From positions 558,001 to 622,000 of the forward strand of contig NIVC01000215.1 of the NCBI GenBank assembly GCA_002269645.1: a DNA stretch of 64,000 nucleotides. The letters run 5' to 3'. The position numbers and the translations under genes are program-made. Positions 12,509 to 23,361 of the stretch are shown here, one piece after another. Origin of the DNA: Macrostomum lignano (lineage: Eukaryota). Each line of letters opens with the position of its first letter. Position 1 is the first letter of the stretch. The notes beneath the pieces are model-generated. The model saw only the letters and a program-made list of their open reading frames with translations. It was not told the origin of the DNA and made no database searches.

Positions 12509-13100
12509 TACTGTCCGTCAAAAGCCCCGGAACCCTTGCTACGATGTCTTCTAGCGGACATAATTTCAGTCCGTTTCAATTGTAACTTGATTCAAATGAA
12601 AGCTGCGGATCTCAGCTCCATGATGTGGTCAAGAAAAAGTTCATTCGAAGGAGCGCGTGTGAACAGGCCAGTGCTATGTACATAAAGGTTAGAGAGAAAA
12701 AGTGAGGAAAAGACAAACAAGCAATTGTCTATGGTTGCTGAGTCTATGGAGCAAACACACATGGGAAGGAATCGGTTTGCGCGCAGTGTTCAGCCTGGCT
12801 AACATTAGTCTATGGCCAAAACCTGTGTTGAAATCAACAGGCTCTTATGGATTCTTGTGCAGTCAGCTTTCATGGGAGAGTCAATTGCTTGTTTGTCTTT
12901 TCCTCACTTTCTTTCTCTAACCTTTATGTACATAACACTGGCCTGTTCACACGCGCTCCTTCGAATAAACTTTTTCTTGACCACATCATGGAGCTGAGAT
13001 TCGCAGCTTTCATTTAAATCAAGTTACAATTGAAACGGACTGAAATTATGTCCGCTAGAAGACATCGTAGCAAGGGTTCCGGAACTTTTGACGGACAGTA
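12509..13100. mobile_element. Non-autonomous TIR element (MITE), Tc1/mariner-like; ~218-bp TIRs, ~150-bp spacer
   Basis: TATACTGTCCGTCAAAAG...CTTTTGACGGACAGTATA; arms ~12511-12728 and ~12881-13098 are reverse complements; TA flanks. Confidence 0.85.
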
Positions 13101-13401
13101 TAAAATTAACTTTCCTTCCTAGGGTTTGCAGCCTCAGGAGCATATGGGGTTAAGACTAATATAGCTTATTTCAGCCCATTTGGGCTTACGCGCATTGAAT
13201 TTAATCCAAGATACGTTTGCCAATGCAATGGAGCTTTTGTCTATGGTAGCAAGGCTGGCACAGCGGCATTTAATTTGGTCCAACAAGCATCAATTTGGTC
13301 CAAACGCTCGTGAGCCATTCGGGAAATTCTTGCCTTCTCGCAACCGTCTGCGGGTTGTTGCGTACCGCTGGAATTTCAGCGTCTCTACAACGAAAAGTCA
13401 G

Positions 13402-13730
13402 AAACGAAACTCAGCCTAGGGGGGGGGCAGGCCCAATCTAGCTCAGCCAATGAGAGAGCAGTAAGGAGAAAGGGCAAAGTCAGACAAACGAAACTCAGCC
13501 TAGGGGGGGGGGGCAGGCCCAATCTAGCTCAGCCAATGAGAGAGCAGTAAGGAGAAAGGGCAAAGTCAGACAAACGAAACTCAGCCTAGGGGGGGGGGGG
13601 GGGGCAGGCCCAATCTATCTCAGCCAATGAGAGAGCAGAAAGGAGAGAGGGCAAAGTCAGACAAACGAAACTAAGCCTAGGGGGGGGGCAGGCCCAATCT
13701 AGCTCGGCCAATGAGAGAGCAGTAAGGGGA
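13402..13730. repeat. ~85-bp tandem repeat x4 with variable poly-G tract (9, 11, 16, 9 G) and two CCAAT motifs per unit
   Basis: Direct inspection. Confidence 0.9.
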
Positions 13731-14489
13731 GAGGACAAAGCCCGACACCAGTGGGCAAGAGGAAAGAACTGTTTATTGGCTTGGCTGGGTGCACGAATTT
13801 TTGCTAGAAGTAATTTTGCTACTGAACAAAGAGCAGATAAGCAGATTGACATATCTAGTTATTCGAGTATCTGTGGCATATACTAAAAAACGACAATAAT
13901 AATAATACCGTACAGTATAGACGTTAAAATTGTACACACCATTCCTGTGGCAGATTTTCCATCGGCCATCTGTTGAAATAATTCCAGACAGAAAAACTAG
14001 GAAAAAAAGCTAAAGCAACTGACATATATAGCAATTTTCATTTATTATAATTATGTAAACTGTGTTTTTGTCCTGTCGCTATTTGTAATTTGAAGAAGCA
14101 ATTTCAGGCAAATTATAGCAACAGCCGCACAAAGGGTCAAGCCAGCGTTTAGTAGAAGCACACCTGCGCTTTTTAACAAGCTAGAGGTGAATGGGACATT
14201 TTTGTTTGACTGAAGTTTTCATACTAGATAGTAGGCCTATACACATTTACTTTATCAATAAACTGAAAGACAACATAAAAAAGATTGTATTTTCGCTAGC
14301 TCGTAACTAAAATTAATATTTTAGTTTTAACTTTTTGAAATATTGACACATCGTATACAGCGTAGGTTCAATAGAATTAGAAGTTAATAAATAAAATGGT
14401 TAATATTGTCCTACTGGGACAAGACAATTCGGCGAGAATATGTATGTGCAATATGGGGAAATCTAATAAGCAGAACACAATAGTAGGAC

Positions 14490-14702
14490 AGAAGAGAGGA
14501 GAGAGGAGAGAGGAGAGAGGGGAGAAGAGAGAGGAGAGAGGGGAGAGGAGAGAGGAGAGAGGAGAGGAGAGAGGGGAGAGGAGAGAAGAGAGAGGAGAGA
14601 GGGGAGAGGAGAGAGGGGAGAGGAGAGGAGAGAGGAGAGAGGGGAGAGGAGAGATGAGAGAGGGGAGAAAAGAGAGAGGAGAGATCGGGAGAGGAGAGAG
14701 GG

Positions 14703-14733
<31 letters not shown>

Positions 14734-15135
14734 GAGAGAGGAGAGAGGGGAGAGGAGAGAGGAGAGAGGGGAGAAAAGAGAGAGGAGAGGAGAGGAGAGG
14801 AGAGGAGAGGAGAGGAGAGGAGAGGAGAGGAGAGGAGAGAGAGAGGAGAGAGGAGAGAGAGGAGAGAGGGGAGAGGAGAGGAGAGGAGAGGAGAGGAGAG
14901 GAGAGGAGAGGAGAGGAGAGAGGGGAGAGAAGAGGAGAGGAGAGGGGAGAGGAGAGAGGGGAGAGGAGAGGAGAGGAGAGAGGAGAGGAGAGAGGGGAGA
15001 GGAGAGGAGATGAGAGAGTAGAGAGGAGACAGGAGAGAGGAGAGTAGAGAGGAGAGAGAAAGTGAGTAAGGAGTGGAGAGGAGAGTAGGGAGAGTAGAGT
15101 GGAGAGTAGAGAAGAGAGTATTAGGGAATAGAGAG
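14490..15135. repeat. GA-rich (GGAGA)n low-complexity tract downstream of RFWD3
   Basis: Direct inspection. Confidence 0.93.
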
Positions 15136-15331
15136 GAGGGGACAAAATTTGAGTCAAAACATAAGACAGGACATTAAAAAAGATACAAAGTGAGGCCAAA
15201 CAACAGACCTTGAAGACAGAGAGACAAACGGGCGTTACTAAAATAAAAATAGGCAGATAGACAGACATTGGGCAACTTAGAATAAGTAATAAAAACTAAT
15301 CAAGACTACACGCACACAATATAGACCAGCC

Positions 15332-15976
15332 TCACTCAGCTTTAGTATCTTTATAAACATAAACCGACTGTTCAGTCAGGCAGGCGAGGAACCGGCCATG
15401 CCTGACAGGCGCAATGTCCAGCACAGGACTGGGCAGTCTAGCCATGGACTGCAGCTTCTCTCCAGTCGCCGCGTCCCACAGGTTTAACCTACAGGTAGCT
15501 TCATCTCCAGCAGCCACGGTCAGAGCTCCGCCGGATCTGCTAGCCTGTTGAAATAGTCGACTCCTAGCTAGGAGCTTCATCGATTGGCCAGCTCGAATTC
15601 GACTCAGAGGTCTCAGTGCGGATTCCATGGTTGCTGTCGAATCGCTACTATCAGCGCTGGTGCGAATGAAATCCAAACTGTAGACGGAGTGCTCAACACC
15701 CGGACGTTGCTGCTGCGGCTGCTGTTGCTGGTGGTTGGCAGTCGGTCGGTGAGTCAACAGGACGTGTCGACTGTCGGGATCTGCGGCCAGCCAAGCCAGC
15801 TGCTGACCACTGCCGGGGCCGGGCATCGGGAGCAGCGCGGCCTGGTGACTGTCGGCTTCGGTTGCTGCGGCTGCGGCGACTGTCGATGGCCGACGGTAGA
15901 GGCTCAGGCGGTCGAACTGGCCGGCTAGCAAAGCTGATGGTGCAGCGCCGCCTGCGGCTGGGGCACCGGCTGGCAG
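15332..15976 (-). CDS. RFWD3: RFWD3 exon 3 (WD40 C-terminus)
   Basis: LLAGQFD..RHVLLTHRP..AGQSMKLLARSRLF..VAAGDEAT..LNLWDAATGEKLQ..PVLDIAPV..FLACLTEQSVYVYK; CCGCCAG acceptor in phase 0; 645 nt including stop. Confidence 0.85.
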   Translation of the reverse strand: MPAGAPAAGGAAPSALLAGQFDRLSLYRRPSTVAAAAATEADSHQAALLPMPGPGSGQQLAWLAADPDSRHVLLTHRPTANHQQQQPQQQRPGVEHSVYSLDFIRTSADSSDSTATMESALRPLSRIRAGQSMKLLARSRLFQQASRSGGALTVAAGDEATCRLNLWDAATGEKLQSMARLPSPVLDIAPVRHGRFLACLTEQSVYVYKDTKAE

Positions 15977-16009
15977 CTGGCGGGATGGGGGCGGTTTTGG
16001 TAGTTTTTA

Positions 16010-16870
16010 ATGGGGAGGATTTAGTAGATGTTTACTATGAGGATGCGGATTTAGTAGATTTTGATGAAGAGCGGATTTAGTAGATTTTGATGAAGGGCGG
16101 ATTTGGTAGATTTTGATGAAGAGCGGATTTAGTAGATTTTGATGAAGGGCGGATTTAGTAGATTTTGATGAAGGGCGGATTTGGTAGATTTTGATGAAGG
16201 GCGGATTTAGAAGATTTTGATGAGGGGCGGATTTGGTAGATTTTGATGAAGAGCGGATTTGGTAGATTTTGATGAAGAGCGGATTTGGTAGATTTTGATG
16301 AAGAGCGGATTTGGTAGATATTGATGAAGAGCGGATTTGGTAGATTTTGATGAGGGGCGGATTTAGTAGATTTTGATGAGGGGCGGATTTAGTAGATTTT
16401 AATGAGGATGCGGATTTAGAAGATTTTGATGAGGGGCGGATTTAGTAGATTTTGATGAAGGGCGGATTTAGTAGATTTTGATGAAGAGCGGATTTGGTAG
16501 ATTTTGATGAAGGGCGGATTTGGTAGATTTTGATGAAGGGCGGATTTGGTAGATTTTGATGAAGGGCGGATTTGGTAGATTTTGATGAAGAGCGGATTTG
16601 GTAGATTTTGATGAGGGGCGGATTTAGTAGATTTTGATGAGGGGCGGATTTAGTAGATTTTGATGAGGATGCGGATTTAGAAGATTTTGATGAGGGGCGG
16701 ATTTAGTAGATTTTGATGAAGGGCGGATTTAGTAGATTTTGATGAAGAGCGGATTTGGTAGATTTTGATGAAGGGCGGATTTGGTAGATTTTTATGAAGG
16801 GCGGATTTGGTAGATTTTGATGAAGGGCGGATTTGGTAGATTTAGATAAAGGGCGGATTTGGTAAATTTT
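16010..16870. repeat. 26-bp minisatellite (GGGCGGATTTRGTAGATTTTGATGAA)n, RFWD3 intron 2
   Basis: Direct periodicity. Confidence 0.95.
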
Positions 16871-16959
16871 GACAAATAAGGGGATTAGGATTTTGCAGGG
16901 GGGAGCGGCAGGGGCGGATTACATCGCTAGCGCAAAACTTAAAAAGCCGCCGCACTCAC

Positions 16960-17403
16960 AGAAGCCATGGACACCACCGAGGTGACACTGGGCGGCTCCT
17001 CAGCGCACGGCAGCACGCTCACGTGACTGCCAATGTGACGCATATCGAAGCACATCACCCTGCCGTTGGCCAAGCCTGCATAGAACTGATTGGGATCATA
17101 CGGACTCCAGCAGCAGGACCACACAGCTGTGGGACAATCGAAATAGCAAACAGTCTGCTCGGAGTGAAAGCCGGTTAACCTGATTTGCTTGTCCATGCTG
17201 GCGGTGAGCAGCAGGGTGCCCTCGGGATTAAAGCAGGCATCCCGCAGTTTATTAGTGTGCAAATGAATGTAGCTGGAATTGCGAAAGTCTATTAAATCCA
17301 ACTTGCGAAGGCCGTAGCCGCGGAATAGAGGATTTCGGCTAGGCTGGGAGATGCACAGCACGTTGAGCTGCTGGTTGAGTGCGAGTACTCGGCACTCGCC
17401 TAC
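16960..17403 (-). CDS. RFWD3: RFWD3 exon 2 (WD40)
   Basis: VGECRVLA..GYGLRKL..YIHLHTNKLRDACF..LLLTASMDKQIRL..VWSCCW..FYAGLANGRVMCFDMR; CCCAG acceptor, GTGAGT donor, 444 nt. Confidence 0.9.
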
Positions 17404-17454
17404 CTGGGAAGCGCAAGGAGGCGGTTGATTAGTTAGGGAGATATCCTATTGACT

Positions 17455-18185
17455 TGGAGGATCATGACCCATTCAAAACAGACATCTATAGGGATCATGA
17501 CCCATTCTAAACAGACATCTATAGGGATCATGACCCATTCTAAACAGACATCTATGGGGATCATGACCAATTCTAAACAGACATCTATGGGGATCATGAC
17601 CCATTCTAAACAGACATCTATAGGGATCATGACACATTCTAAACAGACATCTATGGGGATCATGACCCATTCTAAACAGAAATCTATAGGGATCATGACC
17701 CATTCTAAACAGACATCTATGAGGATCATGACCCATTCTAAACATACATCTATGGGGATCATGACCCATTCTAAACATACATCTATAGGGATCATGACCC
17801 ATTCAAAACAGACATCTTTAGGGACCATGACACATTCTAAACAGACACATCTGTAGGGTCATGACCCATTCTAAACATACACATCTGTAGGGTCATAACC
17901 CATTCTAAACAGGCACATCTGTGGGGATCATGACCCATTCTTTATCTATGGGGATATTGACCCATTCTTAACAGATACATCTAGAAGGATCATGACCCAT
18001 TCTTAATCTATGGGGATTACGACCCATTCTTTAGCAGACACATCTATGGGGATCATGGCCCATTCTTTCTCTTTGGGGATCATGACCCATTCTTAATCTA
18101 TGGGGATTACGACCCATTCTTTAGCAGACACATCCATGGGGATCATGACCCATTCTTTATCTTTGGGGATCATGACCCATTCTTA
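17455..18185. repeat. 33-bp minisatellite (GGGATCATGACCCATTCTAAACAGACATCTATA)n, RFWD3 intron 1
   Basis: Direct periodicity (11-aa repeats in ORF track). Confidence 0.94.
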
Positions 18186-18288
18186 ACAGAAATATCAAGA
18201 CTTAATTCAGAAACTGCATAGAATCAGAAGCAACTCTAGACATAAGAATCGTACAAACTGGTAACCAGAGAACCTCACATCCACTCAC

Positions 18289-19458
18289 CTGAGAAATCAT
18301 GACATTGTCTTCCAAATGATAAGAGCAAGTCTCTCCGCCAGCATCGGTCAGATCAATAGTCAGCTTAGATGAATGACTTCGATAGAACTCCAATTGGCGA
18401 GATAGTCGCCTGTTTTCATCTCTGAGCATGTCTAGTCTCAACCGCATGTCCCCAGCCTCCTGCTCGGCGGTTAGTTTAGCTCGTTTAATCTTGTCAATCT
18501 CGAGTTTTAAAGCTTCATTCTCGCTATTATCTACAGCTCTGAGATTGGTAACATACAAGGGCAGCACTTCGTGACGTCGGCAATTTCTATTGCACTGCGG
18601 GCACTGTTGCCGGGTTTCTAACCAACGCTCGACGCAAGACTTGCCAAACAGATGGCCGCAACGCAACGCGCAGACTCGATGCTCGCCAGATGATGTCCAG
18701 GGCTCAAAACAGATTGTGCAACCTTCGTCTGCAGGTTGAGGAGGACTAGAAGAAGCCGCCGCAGCACCACCTCCAGACGGTCCTTCACCGTCGCTTAATC
18801 GACGCTTCTTAACGATAACCCTGGAGTTGGATGCCCCAGATTCCGGATGCGAATCAAGCCGTTGCTGTTGTCGTCTACGCGAAGAAGTTCTAGCATCTGG
18901 AGGAGCCGTAACTCTTCGACGACTATTACTAGTTGAACGTCTCAGATCGTCAATGACAAGGAAATCGTCCAGTTCATTATCATCATTATCAAGATCTTCA
19001 ATCATTATAGGCTGTGGCAGATGGATTTGACCAGGCACGTCATCTGTCAAATCAATAATCTCGCCAGCGAGAGCGTCGTTCTGTGGTTCATTTTCATAAT
19101 TATCTGCATCATCATCGTTATTATTGTTATTAGTAGTGGTATTCGCATTCTCATCGTTAATATCGATAACAACGTTAACTTCCTGTTGTTCTGTTTCGTT
19201 ATCATCTTGTTGAGCTTGTTCAGTGGCTAAACCAACAGTGGGATTCTGATTACCATCCTCCAGTACTACAGATGATGTTTCTGACGTGTCCGAGCGCGAT
19301 TCAAACAAAGAAGCTGAGGAGGAATTGCCATCAGTATGGTTAATATTATTGTTGTTGCTGTTCCTGTTGCTTTCAGTATTATTACTACTACTATTCTCTG
19401 ACGTGGATGGCCCACCGTATATAAGATTCGGAGCCGAAATACTGACACCCTCTGCCAT
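18289..19458 (-). CDS. RFWD3: RFWD3 E3 ubiquitin ligase exon 1 (disordered N-terminus, RING finger, coiled coil)
   Basis: CTICFEPWTSSGEHRVCALRCGHLFGKSCVERWL..CPQC..LYVTNLRAVD is the RFWD3 RING signature; ATG at 19458 (the track starts at an upstream GTG); CAG/GTGAGT donor in phase 0. Confidence 0.9.
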
Positions 19459-19869
19459 CACATACGAAATCCAACCAATATTTCAATAGCTGTCAACGAT
19501 AGGTTGCGATGCCGTCAGTTGTTGGTTCCTTGGCTATCGAGGTCTTAACTTGTAACAGCCTTGGATCTGAAATGCAGGAAATGTGAAAAATTCTTCTGGG
19601 CGTAATTATTGGCCTCGAAAATTTTAGATGCATTTAAGACTATCGTTATGGCAGACTTGCTGTCACATCTAAGCCAATGTGATCTCTTGCTTGGTATGGA
19701 CTGCCCAGTGAGATAAAACGAAAGCTTATGCACTAACCAGGTGTGTTCTTGATTATTTGTAATTGCTTATAATTACAGCAAGACTTGCTTGCGTAATCCT
19801 AAACTTGGTCTGGAAAAGAGATTTCCAAAAAACTAAAATCATGCTTACATCAGTGCCTTAAGATCTCTG

Positions 19870-20100
<231 letters not shown>

Positions 20101-20974
20101 CAGGATCTATCCATCTATGTATAAAGATCAGGATCTATCTTCGCATCAATGCAACTATTCAAATTAGCAATGCTTAATGCACTATTAATTTAATCATCGA
20201 TAAAATGGTTAAGAAAAAGTACCTAAAGAACTTTTTCTTCAATAATTTTGCGCACTTAGAAAAAAACAAACGGTCCGAGCCTAAAAAAACAAAATATAAT
20301 GTTTCCTAAAGTACATCTCAGATTCTCAAACTGCTATATTTGAACGTCATTGTATTATAATGAATGACATGCAGATCAAATAAAATGTTTGTAAATGTTC
20401 GTTAAGTTGTAATGCAACTGTGTGTTAAATTTGAAAAATATCAATCTTTTAAATAAAAAAAGATGCGCCAATTGCAAACACTTTCAGATTTAGCTGGACA
20501 ACAAGAGACAGATTCAACCGTAACGGACAAAATAGAAATCAATTACCTCCAGACTTGCATAGTTAGTTTGGAATTTCTATTATAGTATGTTTATTAATGC
20601 CTATTGGCTGTCTGCTAAAAAATAAACAAATAACTTTGGCAGGTAAACACTTTAATTGAGATTTCCATCAAAAGACAAAATTGATAAGTTACACTTCAGA
20701 TTAGCTAGTATAAAAAGCACGCCAAGCACTCTAAAGTGGAGCGAGTATTGCGATTAAATATGAAAAAAGTGCTCTAACAGCTGATGATCGAATGTTTCTA
20801 TTTTTAGAAATGACGTCACTGAAACATCAGAAAGTTCAAGCTCGATATGCTAATTTGGCATGCAGATATTTTCAGGCTTGAATTTTATATAAAGTCTGAC
20901 AGTGGAGCATGAGATGCTGTGTTTTATAGATAACTGGACTGGAAGCCAGTAAGAAAGACTCACCAGACAGATGG

Positions 20975-21345
20975 ACATGTAGACACTTAGACAGGCAGAC
21001 ACTTGGACAGATAGATAGACATTATGACAGGCAGACACTTGGACAGATAGATAGACATTATGACAGGCAGACACTATGACAGGCAGACGGACACTAGGAC
21101 AGATAGATAAGACACTATGACAGGCAGACAGACACTAGGACAGATAGATAAGACACTATGACAGGCAGACACTTGGACAGGCAGACACTTGGACAGGCAG
21201 ACACTTGGACAGGCAGACACTTGGACAGGCAGACACTTGGACAGGCAGACAGATACTAGGACAGATAGATAGGACACTATGACAGGCAAACAGACACTAG
21301 GACATGCAAGCATGCAGACACTAGGACAGACAGACATGCTAGGAC
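20975..21345. repeat. GACA-rich ~16-bp minisatellite (GACACTTGGACAGGCA)n downstream of PPAT stop
   Basis: Direct periodicity. Confidence 0.88.
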
Positions 21346-21455
21346 AGAGAAGAGCGGTCAGGGCAGCAGTGAGTAAGATAAGTGGTTTACAACCTTAAGC
21401 CTAGAAAAAATCGAGTCGTCTAGGTTAGGGTTCGGAGGGCATTGCACTGCTGCAA

Positions 21456-21908
21456 TTACCAGTCCAGCTGCACAGGATATTTCCCTGTCAGACAGGCATC
21501 GCAATGTCCAATAGGGTTGCTGGTGCACCCAGCCGAGACAGCCTTGTGCAGTCCTTCAACGCTGAGATAGGCTAAAGAATCCGCGTTCAAAGCTCTTCGA
21601 AGCTGCTCCAACGTGAGCTTATTAGCGATGAGCTCCTCTTTAGTAGGGATATTAATCCCCATATAGCAGGGATGACGTAGAGGCGGACTGGCAATACGAA
21701 TATGCACCTCGGATGCACCTCGGGATCTTAGCAGGCTAACAATGGGACCCATTGTGTTGCCCCGAACAATGGAGTCGTCAATGAGCACGATGCGCTTATC
21801 GCGTACGTTCTCTTCGATGACGCCGAATTTTTTTGCTACGCCAACTTGACGCAGCAGATTGCTGGGCTGGATGAAGGTACGACCGATGTAGCGGTTCTTG
21901 CAGAATAC
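21456..21908 (-). CDS. PPAT: Amidophosphoribosyltransferase exon 5 (terminal)
   Basis: [27 protein letters not shown] (PRPP-binding)..[29 protein letters not shown] (Fe-S ligands); CCCTCAG acceptor. Confidence 0.95.
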   Translation of the reverse strand, partial: VFCKNRYIGRTFIQPSNLLRQVGVAKKFGVIEENVRDKRIVLIDDSIVRGNTMGPIVSLLRSRGASEVHIRIASPPLRHPCYMGINIPTKEELIANKLTLEQLRRALNADSLAYLSVEGLHKAVSAGCTSNPIGHCDACLTGKYPVQLDW

Positions 21909-21944
21909 CTGAGGGCAGATGGGGTCGGGTTAGAGTGGGCTCTG

Positions 21945-22630
21945 ACACTGGGAGGCTGGCCCAGCAACTGATGATTTGGGAGGCTGGCCCAGAGACTGAG
22001 GATCTGGGAGGCTGGCCCAGAGACAGGATCTGGAGGCTGGCCCAGCAACTGAGGATTTGGGAGGCTGGCCCAGCAACTGAGGATCTGGGAGGCTGGCCCA
22101 GCAACTGAGAATCTGGGAGGCTGGCCTAGCAACTGAGGATCTGGAAGGCTGGCCTAGCAACTGAGAATCTGGGAGGCTGGCCTAGCAACTGAGGATCTGG
22201 AAGGCTGGCCTAGCAACTGAGGATCTGGGAGGCTGGCCCAGCAACCGAGGATCTGGGAGGCTGGTCCAGCAACTGAGGATCTGGGAGGCTGGCCTAGCAA
22301 CTTAGGATTTGGGAGGCTGGCCCAGCAACTGAGGATCTGGGAGGCTGGCCCAGCAACTGAGGATCTGGGAGGCTGGCCCAGAGACTGAGGATCTGGAGGC
22401 TGGCCCAGCAACTGAGGATTTGGGAGGCTGGCCCAGCAACTGGGGATCTGGGAGGCTGGCCCAGCAACTGAGAATCTGGGAGGCTGGCCTAGCAACTGAG
22501 GATCTGGAAGGCTGGCCTAGCAACTGAGGATCTGGGAGGCTGGCCCAGCAACTGAGGATCTGGGAGGCTGGGCCAGCAACTGGGAATCTGGGAAGCTGGC
22601 CTGGCAGCAACTGAGGATCTGGGAGGCTGG
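21945..22630. repeat. 28-bp minisatellite (GGGAGGCTGGCCCAGCAACTGAGGATCT)n, PPAT intron 4
   Basis: Direct periodicity. Confidence 0.95.
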
Positions 22631-22712
22631 CTCCCAACGTGCCTAACAGTGAGGAGTTCCACTTGGATAACCCAAGACACCGAGAACACTTTAAAGAGCA
22701 ACTGCAGCAAAC

Positions 22713-22853
22713 CTCCACATAAGGCAGTCTGCAGGCGCTGGCATAGCCCATGGCAGCTGGAGTGGCAGACTCTGGCACTGTAGAAACCAAATCTACCGAA
22801 CAGGGACTCTCGCTGGCCAACTGAGCACCGCATCGACGTCTTACAGAATAAAC
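22713..22853 (-). CDS. PPAT: PPAT exon 4
   Basis: [43 protein letters not shown]; TTTAG acceptor, GTTTGC donor, 141 nt, phase 0/0. Confidence 0.92.
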
Positions 22854-22994
22854 CTAAATAAGAAAAGAATAGAGAAAATTCGCATAATTTTCTACTCGGT
22901 AAGTAGGGGTTGAGGAAAACAGGATCATTTGATTACTGATTCCGTGCTGTGGGCAAGACAGCCCCGATGAAAATGGTACCTAGGTCAATAAGCG

Positions 22995-23084
22995 TCTGAG
23001 TTACAAGGGCGCTTCTATAATGATCCAAAAGGCGCTTCTATAATGACTCTAAGGGCGCTTCTATAATGACTCCAGGGGCGCTTA
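22995..23084. repeat. Left remnant of 23-bp minisatellite (AAGGGCGCTTCTATAATGACTCT)n split by transposon insertion
   Basis: Same unit resumes at 32595. Confidence 0.88.
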
Positions 23085-23361
23085 CCCGCCTGGCTGTCGG
23101 TACCCGGTATTTACCCGGCTTTCATCCGGTTTAATCCGTAATTTTTGTTAGCACTGTAATGAACTTTTATTTATTAGAGAATGCACTTTGCTTAGTAGCC
23201 GTCAACGGCTGAGAATCCTATTGATGTCTATGGACATTTGTACAGTTCAATTCGGTGGCTTAAAGAGTTGCCAAAATATAATTGAAAAGACCAAGCGTCT
23301 GCAGAGTTAAGCTAAAGGCTGAGACTCGATCAATTTTCTTACTCGTCCCAAAAAACGAACA

